Assembly (NCBI GenBank): GCA_045863335.1
Contig: BTVY01000003.1
Span: 32,001 to 96,000, forward strand
Origin: Candidatus Hydrogenedentota bacterium
GTDB lineage: Bacteria > Hydrogenedentota > Hydrogenedentia > Hydrogenedentales > SLHB01
Reading direction: 5' to 3'
DNA: 64,000 nt
Shown here: positions 1 to 10,111 of the stretch, in pieces
How positions within the stretch are numbered: position 1 is the first letter of the stretch
How the letters are laid out: each line of letters opens with the position of its first letter
Translations under genes and position numbers: made by a program
Notes under the pieces: model-generated
Database searches by the model: none
Told to the model about the DNA's origin: nothing
What the model saw: the letters and a program-made list of their open reading frames with translations, nothing else

Positions 1-690
1 GATATTGCCGGGACCGCGCCGGAGAACGTCCTCGATGCGGCGTGCGCGGTTGAGTTTGTGCACACGGCATCGCTCATCCTCGACGATTTACCGGCCATGG
101 ACGATGCCCCCGACCGGCGCGGCAAGCCCTGCACGCACCATGACTACGGCGAGGCGACCGCGATCCTTGCGGCTTTCGGGCTGATATCGAGTGCCTTTCA
201 CCTGGTCACCCGCAACGCGGAGTGTCTGCACGGCACCGAAGCGACTGCCGACGTGGTTCGGGTGCTTTCCGAAGTGCTCGGCACCGAAGGCATCATTCAT
301 GGGCAACACATCGACCTGAACCTCGCGGATCTCAATCCGAGCCTGGAAGAACTGGAACAGATCTACATTCAGAAGGCATCCGCCTTGTTTCTGGCGTCTA
401 TTGCGATACCGGGGCGGCTGGCCGGACTCTCTCCTGAAGACGTCCGGCGTCTGGAACAATACGCCCTGAGTCTGGGGCTGGCGTTCCAGATTACCGACGA
501 TCTCATCGATGCCGGAGCGCCGGACGAGAATGCGGCGAAGGCCACCTTCTCCACCCATCTGGGCGTGGAAGGCGCCAAGGCCAAGGCGCGCGGCCTGATC
601 GAGGAAGCCATCGGTCATCTCTCCACCTTCGACGAACGCGCGGAGCCTCTCCGCATGTTGGCGGCATATGTCGGCACGCGGACAGTCTGA
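1..690 (+). CDS. Polyprenyl (geranylgeranyl/farnesyl) diphosphate synthase, 5'-truncated by the window
   Basis: Frame open from base 1; FARM LILDDLPAMDD..RRGKP and SARM FQITDDLID motifs. Confidence 0.92.
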   Translation, partial: DIAGTAPENVLDAACAVEFVHTASLILDDLPAMDDAPDRRGKPCTHHDYGEATAILAAFGLISSAFHLVTRNAECLHGTEATADVVRVLSEVLGTEGIIHGQHIDLNLADLNPSLEELEQIYIQKASALFLASIAIPGRLAGLSPEDVRRLEQYALSLGLAFQITDDLIDAGAPDENAAKATFSTHLGVEGAKAKARGLIEEAIGHLSTFDERAEPLRMLAAYVGTRTV

Positions 691-2968
691 GGCGTTCGGC
701 ATATACCTCCGGGTGGCCGGCGCGATTGCCTTCATCATTCTTGCCGGAATCGCCGGGCTTTGGCTCGGGGGGCGCGATGGCCAGGTCAGCGAGGATCAAG
801 CCCACGCACCGGAAGGAACGAAGCAGCCCGACACCGTGGCCCAACCTGATAAGCCGCCCGCGCCGCCGCCGCCCCTGTATTTGTACACGAGCATCCAGCC
901 CGGCGCCGATCTCGAAGCGGTCGTAGGCGAGGTAACAATGGCCGCCAAGGCGGGCATCCACGACTACGTGTTCCGCGTGGCGTTGCCCTGGCCGGAACAG
1001 GGTCCGACCGTATCGGAAACGCTCTATCCCCTGGACCGCATCGAGGAAGCCGATCCGAGCGCCAACATTCTGCTCGCGATTTCGCTTAATCCCCCCGACG
1101 CGTGGTTGGCGGCACATCCCGAGGCGGCTTCCTCGGAAGGCGTCTTCCCCAGCGTGACATCCGAGCGATGGCTGGAAGCTGGCCGACAGGCCCTGTCAGA
1201 GTTGCTGCAGGGGCTTGAAGACTCCGCGCGCGGCGACAACGTCGTTGGACTCATCATCGGCGCATTGGAGGAGGACCGCTGGCGGCATCCCAAGGAATAC
1301 GATCGCTCAGAGACGAACCGTACGGGGTTTCGTTCCTGGTTACGGACCCAATACCCCGATGGGATTGCTCTTGCTGAAGCCTGGGGCGATCCCGCCGCGG
1401 CCTTTGAGTCCGTGGAGATTCCTCCACAACCCGACACCCAGGACCGTAGCAACGTCTTTTTCAATGCGCCGGATGAGCAGATGCACATGGACTACCTCCG
1501 CTACGTTTCCGAGAGCACGGCGGACGCGCTCTCGACTTTTTCCGCTCACGTCCACCAAGGCGGCGACCGGATTTTCAAAGTCCTCGTGCCCTATGGCTAC
1601 TCCTTCGAATATCTTTCGAATGCCAGCGGCCATTGCGCCCTGGCTCTTCTGTTAGACGGCGTGATCGACGGATTCGTGAGTCCCGTCTCCTATGTGAATC
1701 GCGCGTTGGGGGGCGCGGGCGGTTTTATGGGCCCGGTCGACAGCGTCAACCTTCACGGGAAACAATGGTTCATTGTGGATGACACACGAACCGGGATTTC
1801 GAGAAACGCCACGACCGGCGAATTTGAGCGTATCGAAGGGCTTCGGGTAGAAGATGTGCTTAACGTACAGCGAAGGAACTTCGCCGGGGCGCTCGCGCAC
1901 GGCCTCGGACTCTTCTGGGCCGATCCCGATGGTGTCGGGGCATTGCACGAACCTCGTATGTGGGAGTCTTTCGGTCGTATGCGGTCCGCTTATCAGACCA
2001 TCTGGTCTGCCGAGAATCTGTCTCAGGGACCAGGCTTTGCGAGGTACCCTACGCCGGAACAACGTGTGGGATTGACAGTGGTCGTGGATGAGCCCAGCCG
2101 ATTTCACCAGCGCTGCGACGAGCCGTTGAATACGCTTTTGCTTACAGATATCCGCGATGCCGCGCTCAGCGCCGGTGTACCCGTTCAATTCTGCTTATTG
2201 CAGGACGTGTTGGACGGACGCGCGGCACCTTCTCTTGTGTATGTTTTTAATAACTCATTTCATCTGCATGAAGAGGATCGAACAACATTACAGAATATGC
2301 TGATAGAACAGAATGCCGCAGCAATTTGGATGTACGCTTCTGGTTACATTAGCGGTGATGCATCCGCGGAAAACATCAGCAAGACAACCGGGCATACTGT
2401 GCGGGCTTTCGAGGGAGAAGCTACGGCGGGATCGACTTTCCAGCTTGACGGGGGAAAGTGGCTGGCCAAGGGCGAAGCCATCAGCCCCTCGGAGACGTGG
2501 TCCCCTCTTTTTTACATCGAAACAGACGAGAGCAAGGCAATCGCGAGGTATCGGGAATCGGAGAGGACGAGCGTGGCGGTGGAGTTTTTCGAGGAAGGTT
2601 GGGCGTCCATTTACGTTGCCGAGCCGACTCTCTCGGCCGACCTTCTCCGGGAGATTCTGAGCATTCTTGAAGAGCACGTGTTCGTCCGTCCCGAGTCGGG
2701 CGGGGCGGATGTGCTGCACTTCGGACCCGCGTTCTTCGCCATCCATGCGGGCGCCAATGGAGAACGCGAGATTGACCTCGGCGACCACTACGATGTTCAG
2801 GACATGTTGGACCCGAACGTGGGGTGGCTGGACAAGCGTCAGTTGACGATACCCATGAAGACCGGCGACACGCACGTTCTTCACGTGTCACCGCCGGCCC
2901 ACGACGCCACGCCGGACGATTCGGAGGAGGCGCCGGGGGCTTCCGGGGAGGGGGGTGCGCAATCATGA
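668..2968 (+). CDS. Membrane-anchored glycoside-hydrolase-like protein (GH42/beta-galactosidase-like)
   Basis: 766 aa; N-terminal TM, Pro-rich linker, FRSWLRTQY..LAEAWG segment typical of GH42-like proteins; catalytic residues not confirmed. Confidence 0.55.
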   Translation: MSARGQSEAFGIYLRVAGAIAFIILAGIAGLWLGGRDGQVSEDQAHAPEGTKQPDTVAQPDKPPAPPPPLYLYTSIQPGADLEAVVGEVTMAAKAGIHDYVFRVALPWPEQGPTVSETLYPLDRIEEADPSANILLAISLNPPDAWLAAHPEAASSEGVFPSVTSERWLEAGRQALSELLQGLEDSARGDNVVGLIIGALEEDRWRHPKEYDRSETNRTGFRSWLRTQYPDGIALAEAWGDPAAAFESVEIPPQPDTQDRSNVFFNAPDEQMHMDYLRYVSESTADALSTFSAHVHQGGDRIFKVLVPYGYSFEYLSNASGHCALALLLDGVIDGFVSPVSYVNRALGGAGGFMGPVDSVNLHGKQWFIVDDTRTGISRNATTGEFERIEGLRVEDVLNVQRRNFAGALAHGLGLFWADPDGVGALHEPRMWESFGRMRSAYQTIWSAENLSQGPGFARYPTPEQRVGLTVVVDEPSRFHQRCDEPLNTLLLTDIRDAALSAGVPVQFCLLQDVLDGRAAPSLVYVFNNSFHLHEEDRTTLQNMLIEQNAAAIWMYASGYISGDASAENISKTTGHTVRAFEGEATAGSTFQLDGGKWLAKGEAISPSETWSPLFYIETDESKAIARYRESERTSVAVEFFEEGWASIYVAEPTLSADLLREILSILEEHVFVRPESGGADVLHFGPAFFAIHAGANGEREIDLGDHYDVQDMLDPNVGWLDKRQLTIPMKTGDTHVLHVSPPAHDATPDDSEEAPGASGEGGAQS

Positions 2969-4491
2969 ACGAGGTACTGCTCGGCATCGATGTGGGGGCC
3001 ACGGGAATCAAGGCCGGTATGTTCTCCCCCGAGGGGAAACTGCTCGCGGTGGCCGGGCGGCGCAACGGTCCGGTGCAGGACCCATTGGGGGAGCCGGGTT
3101 GGATGATCTGGGACCCCGAGGACATCTGGGGAAAGGTCTGCGACTGCGTGCGGGAGTGCCTGAAAACGGTGGGGGATGCGGCCCGCGTCAAGGCGGTCGC
3201 CTGCACAGGATTCGGCACGGATGGCGTCCCGCTGGATGCCGCCGGGAAGTGCCTGTACCCCTTCGTGAGTTGGCATTGTGGACGTACCGTGCCGCAGCAA
3301 CTCGAGATGGATCGGCGTGTTGGGAACGCCGAGATTTTCCAGATCACCGGCTACCATAATTACCACATCAACACTGCAAACCGTTTGCTCTGGTTCCGGC
3401 AGAACCATCCTGAGATTCTGAAGAAGACGCACCGCTGGCTCCAGGTTCAGGACTACGTCGCGTTTCGGCTTTCCGGGGAGTTCACAACCGAGTGCACCAT
3501 TGCTTCCACCACGATGATGCTCGACATGGGCGCGCGAACGTGGTCGCCGAAGATGTTGGAGGCCGCCGAAGTCGACCCGGCAATCCTGCCGCCGACGAGT
3601 GAGGCGGGGACGCAAATCGGCGCGGTCACGGCGAAAGCGGCAGCGGAAACCGGGCTCATCGCGGGAACCCCGGTGGTGACCGGTGGACACGACTGCGAGA
3701 TCGCCGTGCTCGGCGCGGGCGTCGCGCAAGACGATATCTGGATCGACATCACCGGGACGTGGGAGATTCTCATCGCGACCGTCAACGCCTTCCGGCCTAC
3801 CCCCGAACATTTCGCGAACGGCCTCGATTTCGAGTGCCACGCGCTACCGGGGCAGTGGATTTGCCAGAGCTTGATGATCGCGGGCGCGGTTACCGAATGG
3901 GTCCGGAACAACTTCTATCGGGATGTCGCCGAAGAAGATGTGTACGGCATCATGTTTCACGAGGCCGAGACTCCGGCGCACGGCGTTTACATGCTCCCCG
4001 CCTTCATGCGGGGCATGGGGCCCGACGCCAGCCGCCACGCCCTCGGCACGATCCTGGGTCTGCAAACCATGACGACCCGCGGGCAAGTCGTGCGCGCCGC
4101 GCTCGAAGGATTGTGCTTTCAGCTCAAGCGGCAGATCGGCGCCATCGGTGACGCCGTTGGCGGCAAACCTTCCCGTCTTCGGGTGGTCGGCGGCGGCCAG
4201 AAGAATCCGTTGTGGCTCCAACTCAAAGCGGACATAACGGGACTCCCGGTCGAAATCACGACCAATCCCGAAGTGACCCTCCTCGGCGTGTCCATCCTCG
4301 CCGGTCTCGGCGCCGGACTCTACTCGAACATTCAGGATGCTGTAGGCCGCGTTCAATTCACGACCGAAGACTTCGCATCAAGTGAAACCATCCACGAAGC
4401 TTACGAGGCCCGATACCAACAAGTATATAGTTGTCTGGCCCGTTCGCTCGAACCTCCCTACTACGCAATTGACGCGGAGCTTCGTGGGTAA
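2965..4491 (+). CDS. FGGY-family carbohydrate kinase (fuculo/xylulokinase-like)
   Basis: LLGIDVGATGIK, GGHD, TGTW and VGGG motifs; ATG at 2965 overlaps the upstream stop (ATGA). Confidence 0.9.
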   Translation: MNEVLLGIDVGATGIKAGMFSPEGKLLAVAGRRNGPVQDPLGEPGWMIWDPEDIWGKVCDCVRECLKTVGDAARVKAVACTGFGTDGVPLDAAGKCLYPFVSWHCGRTVPQQLEMDRRVGNAEIFQITGYHNYHINTANRLLWFRQNHPEILKKTHRWLQVQDYVAFRLSGEFTTECTIASTTMMLDMGARTWSPKMLEAAEVDPAILPPTSEAGTQIGAVTAKAAAETGLIAGTPVVTGGHDCEIAVLGAGVAQDDIWIDITGTWEILIATVNAFRPTPEHFANGLDFECHALPGQWICQSLMIAGAVTEWVRNNFYRDVAEEDVYGIMFHEAETPAHGVYMLPAFMRGMGPDASRHALGTILGLQTMTTRGQVVRAALEGLCFQLKRQIGAIGDAVGGKPSRLRVVGGGQKNPLWLQLKADITGLPVEITTNPEVTLLGVSILAGLGAGLYSNIQDAVGRVQFTTEDFASSETIHEAYEARYQQVYSCLARSLEPPYYAIDAELRG

Positions 4492-4559
4492 ATTGGTCCA
4501 TCCCCGCGACCAATTCAGTCGGGGTGTCTCCAACTATCGCATCGTCGGGCGAAAAGGGT

Positions 4560-5066
4560 TCAGTACTGAATGGGTAAGGTGAGTTGACGAAGTCGCTCCA
4601 CGGCAAGGGTAAATTGCCCATTGTCTTCAATGGCACGTCTCGGTATGTAATTACTTTGATTATTACTTATGCAGCACAGTATGCCTTGCCGACCATCGAG
4701 CACCTTATGCAGATGTCGAATAGTACTCGTTCCGATGACGGATTCTGTGTGAAGCTCGTCTGGTTCGATGCGCACCCGAATCACCGCGCCCTTGTAAGTG
4801 GCGCGCCGGTACGATGTGTGGACTTGGATCCGCAACACGATGTATGGAAGCGAAAGAATAAAAATCACGCCTATAATTGCAAGAATGGCCGCTTCAAAGT
4901 CTCCCACTGACAGTTCAATGATCATTAACCCAACCAGCAACAGCGCCACTAGGCGCGGTAGCCAACGGATTGCCCGCCTCGACTGAAACAACTTTGCCGC
5001 TGCCAGATAGTCACGTCTCGTAAGCGTGAACTCTGCTTCGATTGCATCGCCGGTTTCTGACAACAT
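4560..5066 (-). CDS. YcxB-like membrane protein
   Basis: 168 aa, two TM helices, C-terminal YIPRRA motif. Confidence 0.6.
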   Translation of the reverse strand: MLSETGDAIEAEFTLTRRDYLAAAKLFQSRRAIRWLPRLVALLLVGLMIIELSVGDFEAAILAIIGVIFILSLPYIVLRIQVHTSYRRATYKGAVIRVRIEPDELHTESVIGTSTIRHLHKVLDGRQGILCCISNNQSNYIPRRAIEDNGQFTLAVERLRQLTLPIQY

Positions 5067-5251
5067 ACGATTGCGCTCATTGTTGAATTTGACTTGATCA
5101 ATGGTACTTCAAACTAAATCGCGAATTGAAGCTTCAAAAGCCTCAGGCTCTGGTAATTACGAGATTTTCATTCTTGGTGCATCCGTTGTACTCTTTGGGG
5201 AGGATTTGGCGCTTCCGGAATAGCGAAACGGTTTGAGGCCGAGGAACAGAC

Positions 5252-5578
5252 ATGGATGAAAAGCTCCTTCAATCGATGACCGATAGTATGGTAGATGAGG
5301 TGCATCCCGAAGAGATTATTCTGTTTGGTTCTCACGCAAAAGGGGAGGGACGCGCGGAATCGGACCTTGATTTCCTGGTGATCATGCCAGATTCGGAGGA
5401 GGCGCGCCGGGGCCGGCGTAGGGTTACTGCGCGGCTATACAGGCGTCTGGCTTCCATTCCGGTACCGATCGACATCCTCGTCTATACGCGAGGCGAAATG
5501 GAACGTTGGCGTAATGTGCAGGGGCATGTCGTTGCGACTGGCCTGAATGAGGGAAGGCGCCTGTATGTCCGGCCATGA
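5252..5578 (+). CDS. Minimal nucleotidyltransferase (MNT) antitoxin
   Basis: LFGSHAKG..SDLDFLV motif, 108 aa, overlaps the downstream HEPN gene. Confidence 0.9.
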   Translation: MDEKLLQSMTDSMVDEVHPEEIILFGSHAKGEGRAESDLDFLVIMPDSEEARRGRRRVTARLYRRLASIPVPIDILVYTRGEMERWRNVQGHVVATGLNEGRRLYVRP

Positions 5579-5954
5579 CTTTCGCCGGGAACTCCTCAAT
5601 ACCGCAAAAAGCGATCTGAAGGCGCTTTCCAATATGCTTGATCCCGATGCCTTCGACGACCGCGTGTTCGGGTTTCACGCGCAACAGGCGGTTGAAAAGG
5701 CGCTCAAAGTATGGCTGAACTACCTGCAGGGGACGCATCCGTTCACGCACGACCTCAGGCTTCTGCTTCACGCTTTGGAAAAGCTCGGCGCCGACGTTGA
5801 GTCCTACTGGGATTTTCTTGACTTGAGTGGCTATGCCGTGCAGTTCCGATATGAGACTTTGCTGGAGGACGAAGAGCCGCTTAACAGGTATGCTCTCGTG
5901 AAAGACATCCAGGCACTGGTCGAGCGCGTGGAAAAATTGGTACTGCAGCCTTGA
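5565..5954 (+). CDS. HEPN-domain protein (MNT-HEPN pair)
   Basis: FHAQQAVEKALK, THDL and YAVQFRY motifs. Confidence 0.88.
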   Translation: MSGHDFRRELLNTAKSDLKALSNMLDPDAFDDRVFGFHAQQAVEKALKVWLNYLQGTHPFTHDLRLLLHALEKLGADVESYWDFLDLSGYAVQFRYETLLEDEEPLNRYALVKDIQALVERVEKLVLQP

Positions 5955-6012
5955 GCAGAAGGCTGCGTTCCGGTACCTTGCTCAAACCGGTGCGCATGGG
6001 AATGAAGGTGCT

Positions 6013-7725
6013 TCATGGTTCCATGGCACTGATCATTCCCGCCAGTCTTCGGCGTAGCGCCTCGATTTGAGCCGGATCCTGATTCCACGTACCCCAGGTA
6101 GCGACGGCTTCGCCAACGATGGCTTCTGCTTCGGCGCTCTGTCCGCGGGCGTCCAGTATCGCGAAGTACTCGTAGTCTTCCATGCCGTCGCGGAGGTTCT
6201 TGAGGCGAATGGAGGCGATGGGACCTTCGATGCCGGCGTCGTTGCCGGGGTAGAAGAGGGCGCCTTCACCGTTCCAGCGGATACGGAAGCCGGGATCGTC
6301 CCACGGATTGCGTTCCGGGCTGCCCCAGTACACGCTGGACCAATACAAGAGCCCCGTGATGCCGTATCGCCGGTTGAGCCAGGGGGCGATGCGGTAACTC
6401 AGCACGGGAAAGTCCAACTCCCAGAACGGTGGCAATTCGTTCTTGACCGTCTCGTAGTTGGGGTGGTAGGGCGGCGCGGTTTGCACGAGTGCGGTGTAAC
6501 TCCACACCTCGTCGCCTTGCGCGATGACCCGATCCACGCTGCCTTCATCGACGAAGCCGAATAGTGGGCACCAGATGTCGATGGACCCGTCAAGGGTACC
6601 CCATTCGGGGTCCTGGGTGTAGGGTTGCTCGACGACCAGGCGCCGGATCTTCGGTTCCGCCTCGGCGACGACGGCGCCGAGCTGCCGTACCCGTTCGTAA
6701 GCCTCGGGATCATTGGGCTCGTCGAGCATGTAGAGGTAGGAGCGGTCGGCCCATCCTTTGGAGGCGAGGTAGGCGTACCAGGACCGGTAGAAGTTGAGGG
6801 CCTTTCCTTTATTCTCTCCCGTGATGTCGCCGAAGGGTGCGCGGGGGATATCGATGTTGGTCACGTGAAACCGGTTCACGAAGGCCACAATTGCTTCGTC
6901 GACATGCGGCGGGAAGGTGACCGTGCCATCCTCGCCAACCTCCGGATGCAATGCGGACGGGAGCGGGGGATTGAGCCGGTGATGGGCCATCATCTCAGCG
7001 TATCGTTCCTCAATCTGCGCGAAAGCCTCCGACGTTGAATCCAATCCCAGGTATCCGGCGACGCCGCCGAAACCCCCGAAATGGTTCTCATGGGTCGGCC
7101 CGGCGGGAAGCGCGAAGTCCCAGACTTCGAGATGAACCGGGACTTCAGCGACCGCGTCGCCCGCGCGCAACGTTATCGTTGATGTATACGGCCCCGGTGT
7201 GGCATCTGCGGGTACCCAAACATCTATCCACAAAGGTTGATGCTGGTCTTCCCAAACTTCAAAACCCGCCGCGCCGAATCGCGGACCAATCCGCTCCGAC
7301 CCATCCCAGTGGGGCACAGAAATTGGTTCACCGGAATACGGATTGACGAAGGGAACCAATGCGTCCGCCACGAGACCCGGCGCTTCCGTGGCGCGCGGCG
7401 CGGAATGGCGCACGGGGATGAATACCTCCCGATACAGATGGACCTGAATCTTCTCGTCCACCATTCCGTTCGCGTCGAGTATCGGCCCGGCCTCGGCGTT
7501 CATCTTGCTGAGATTGCCATCCCGCGCGGTCACGACAACTTGGAAGGACTCGTATTCACCACGGGCTGCAGCAATGGCCGCGGATTTTTCTCCAGCGATC
7601 GGTCCTTCCTGGCGAATCCGCACCCCCGGTGAAACCACGGCGACCTCGATACTCGCCGCGGTTGCGGTGCCACAAAGTGCGATTACAGTCAGAAGTTGGC
7701 ACAAACGATTCCCACACATCTTCAT
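6013..7725 (-). CDS. Secreted DUF4091 / GH123-like glycoside hydrolase
   Basis: Signal peptide; ARGEYESFQ, VWDFALP, YMLDEP, NGEGALFYPG and SIRLKNLRDGMEDYEY motifs. Confidence 0.8.
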   Translation of the reverse strand: MKMCGNRLCQLLTVIALCGTATAASIEVAVVSPGVRIRQEGPIAGEKSAAIAAARGEYESFQVVVTARDGNLSKMNAEAGPILDANGMVDEKIQVHLYREVFIPVRHSAPRATEAPGLVADALVPFVNPYSGEPISVPHWDGSERIGPRFGAAGFEVWEDQHQPLWIDVWVPADATPGPYTSTITLRAGDAVAEVPVHLEVWDFALPAGPTHENHFGGFGGVAGYLGLDSTSEAFAQIEERYAEMMAHHRLNPPLPSALHPEVGEDGTVTFPPHVDEAIVAFVNRFHVTNIDIPRAPFGDITGENKGKALNFYRSWYAYLASKGWADRSYLYMLDEPNDPEAYERVRQLGAVVAEAEPKIRRLVVEQPYTQDPEWGTLDGSIDIWCPLFGFVDEGSVDRVIAQGDEVWSYTALVQTAPPYHPNYETVKNELPPFWELDFPVLSYRIAPWLNRRYGITGLLYWSSVYWGSPERNPWDDPGFRIRWNGEGALFYPGNDAGIEGPIASIRLKNLRDGMEDYEYFAILDARGQSAEAEAIVGEAVATWGTWNQDPAQIEALRRRLAGMISAMEP

Positions 7726-7773
7726 GGAGAGTCCTCCCCGTAGCTGCGGCTTCCGGCCGCACCCGTTAGGCAG

Positions 7774-9174
7774 TCACAACAAGGGCGACACGAGCAGCGC
7801 GAGGTCCTCCGCCCATTGGCGCCCCGGGGTGGCCTTCTCTGGCTTGTACCGGACCGATTCGTTCATGAGCGATTGCATCCACTCCGCGGTGCGCTCAATT
7901 TCCGTGGGCGAATATACGAACAACGCCACTTCGTAGTTCAAGTATAGGCTTCGCACGTCGAAATTCACGGTACCCACCACCGTCAAACGACTGTCGACGA
8001 GAATATGCTTTGCGTGGATCATCTTGTTTTCGCGCAGATAAATCTTGGCGCCGGTTGCTTCCAGTTGGCGCAGGAACCGGCCCCGCGCGAGATCGGCGAG
8101 ATAGTGATTCGACGTCTCCGGCAAGATAATGCGCACGTCGCGTCCCAGACGAACCTGTAAGAGAATCGCTTTGAGCAACCCTTCATCGGGAATGAAGTAC
8201 GGGGTCGTAATCCAGATTCGCTCGTTGGCCTCATAGGTTGCACAGAGGATAGCCTCGTACAAGGGATCGCCAATAACGTCGGGTCCGCTCGCCACCATCT
8301 GCGCCTCGGCATCTCCGTATCCCAACTTCTCCGGCGCTTGCGGATGCCGCAACGATTCCTCATCCGTCGCGAACTGCCAGTCGCTGGCGAAGACGATTGC
8401 CAGATCGTGCGCCGTTGGACCCTTGACCAGCGTCGAGGTGTCAATGAAGCGCGCTTCGTCGCGCTCCGGTCCCATATACTCCTTAGCCAGGTTCATCCCG
8501 CCGATCAAAGCCGTTTCGCCGTCGAAGACGGCAATCTTGCGGTGATTCCGCAGGTTTGCGGACCATTTCCGCCGGAGGGGCAATACCGGCATGAAGATCC
8601 CGACTTCGCCGCCCGCATCCCGCAAGGGATCGACGAAGCGTCCACGCGTCCACATACATCCCAACGCGTCCAGTAGCAGGCGCACTTTGACACCCTCGGA
8701 AGCGCGCTTCGCTAGTCGAGAGACTACGGCTTTCCCGACGTCGTCGCGCCCGAGTATGAACGTCATGATGTCGATGGAGTGTTCTGCGCTGTCGATAAGC
8801 TCGAGGAGACGCCGATAGGCCTCCGTGCCATTCGTGAGAATCTCGACGTGATTGTCCCGTCGTGCAGGGGGCATTCCCGCCGTCAACAGCACGCGCTCGA
8901 TGAGGTTCTCCGGCCGCGACCGGTCCCCGCTGGGCAGGGCTTCGTAAAGGTATCGTTTTCGGCCCGCCCAGCGATAGAGCTTTCGGCCACCGAACAACAG
9001 ATAGGCCGGCACGCCTACGTACGGGATAAGCAGGATCGACAACAACCACGCGATGGAAACCGCGGGGCGGCTTTGCTGGCGCAGGATGCGGGCCATCAGC
9101 AGAAGTCCCAGCGCCAGACCCGCGAAGGTCGTTACATAACCGAGTACCAGCTCGGCAATGGCGCGTGCCGTCAT
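7774..9174 (-). CDS. cls: Cardiolipin synthase
   Basis: Two N-terminal TMs and two PLD HKD motifs (NHRKIAVFD, IHAKHILVD); start placed at MTARAIA. Confidence 0.9.
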   Translation of the reverse strand: MTARAIAELVLGYVTTFAGLALGLLLMARILRQQSRPAVSIAWLLSILLIPYVGVPAYLLFGGRKLYRWAGRKRYLYEALPSGDRSRPENLIERVLLTAGMPPARRDNHVEILTNGTEAYRRLLELIDSAEHSIDIMTFILGRDDVGKAVVSRLAKRASEGVKVRLLLDALGCMWTRGRFVDPLRDAGGEVGIFMPVLPLRRKWSANLRNHRKIAVFDGETALIGGMNLAKEYMGPERDEARFIDTSTLVKGPTAHDLAIVFASDWQFATDEESLRHPQAPEKLGYGDAEAQMVASGPDVIGDPLYEAILCATYEANERIWITTPYFIPDEGLLKAILLQVRLGRDVRIILPETSNHYLADLARGRFLRQLEATGAKIYLRENKMIHAKHILVDSRLTVVGTVNFDVRSLYLNYEVALFVYSPTEIERTAEWMQSLMNESVRYKPEKATPGRQWAEDLALLVSPLL

Positions 9175-9369
9175 GGAGCGAGCCCGCCGGGAACGCAGGC
9201 GTGGTGGGGCGAGGGTTCCAAATCCGATAGGTTTTGATAGTCCATCATGCCTGCGCTCCAGTTTCGTGACCCATTGTGAATAGAACGTTAGCACGGCACA
9301 CGCGTCCCGGAAAAGGGACGGGCAATGAAACCGTTGACTGCAAGGACGCTCCGGCGTATACTCAGCCCA

Positions 9370-9530
9370 TCAGTTGAACCGATGCGCGTGGGCCAAGGGA
9401 AGCACGGTGCAAATCCGTCGCAGACGCGCTGCTGTAACCGGCGACGAAAGCCGCAAACCGCCACCATTCGGGGGGATGGGAAGGCGCGGCGAATAGAACG
9501 ACCCGGAAGCCAGAAGACCTGCCCACACGT
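9370..9530 (+). promoter_or_regulatory. Cobalamin riboswitch (copy 1)
   Basis: AAGGGAA-CGGTG-AAATCCG, CTGTAAC, GCCAC..GGGAAGG and B12 box GCCAGAAGACCTGCC; boundaries approximate. Confidence 0.92.
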
Positions 9531-9677
9531 GATGAATGTGTGCGATGACTTCGCGAAACGGTCGTGGCATGATGCGGATCTCTTCAGTTAAGGGAGGGAT
9601 CCCACCCACCCAGGCCTGCATTTCCACCCGTTTCCGAAGACGTTGCTTGCGTGAACTCCGTCCATGGATTTTTGTCT

Positions 9678-9780
9678 ATGGACGGTATGGACATCATGGA
9701 CGATATGGACGGGGAGCCCTGTAAGGACTGCGCTCGAGGTGTCTTTGGTCCATCGCGTCCATACAGTCCACAGCGTCCAT
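9678..9780. repeat. Inverted array of 9-bp-period ATGGAC / GTCCA(T/C) units (REP-like hairpin)
   Basis: ATGGAC at 9678, 9687, 9696, 9705; GTCCAY at 9748, 9757, 9766, 9775. Confidence 0.85.
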
Positions 9781-9824
9781 AACTCCGCGCGATCGCTCGC
9801 GCGAAAGGAGGTGACCCGGCACAA

Positions 9825-9980
9825 ATCGTTTTTGTCCGTTGTGCAAGGGAAGTACGGTGTGAAGCCGTCGCAGTCCCGCTGCTGTAACCGGGGACGAACG
9901 CCGCAACGATAGCCACTGTCCAAGAGGATGGGAAGGCGCGGCGCGAGAGGGATCCGGGAGCCAGAAGACCTGCCATCGGG
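9825..9980 (+). promoter_or_regulatory. Cobalamin riboswitch (copy 2)
   Basis: AAGGGAA-CGGTG-GAAGCCG, CTGTAAC, GCCACTG..GGGAAGG and GCCAGAAGACCTGCC; boundaries approximate. Confidence 0.92.
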
Positions 9981-10111
9981 CGATTGTTCTTGCGGCAACT
10001 TCGAGGAAAAGTTGCAGCGGGAAACGCGAGTTTCGCCCTTTCCTGCCTACTTTTCCGCGAGAACGTGAAAGTAAATCATTCGCGCGTAAGGTCGCGCAGG
10101 AAGGAAACTCC

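Noticed and set aside
5252-5954. MNT-HEPN pair as a novel defence system
   Set aside because: Widespread known module with nothing atypical visible
9536-9724. Leader ORF between the two riboswitches
   Set aside because: No RBS or protein-like features; overlaps the expression platform and the repeat
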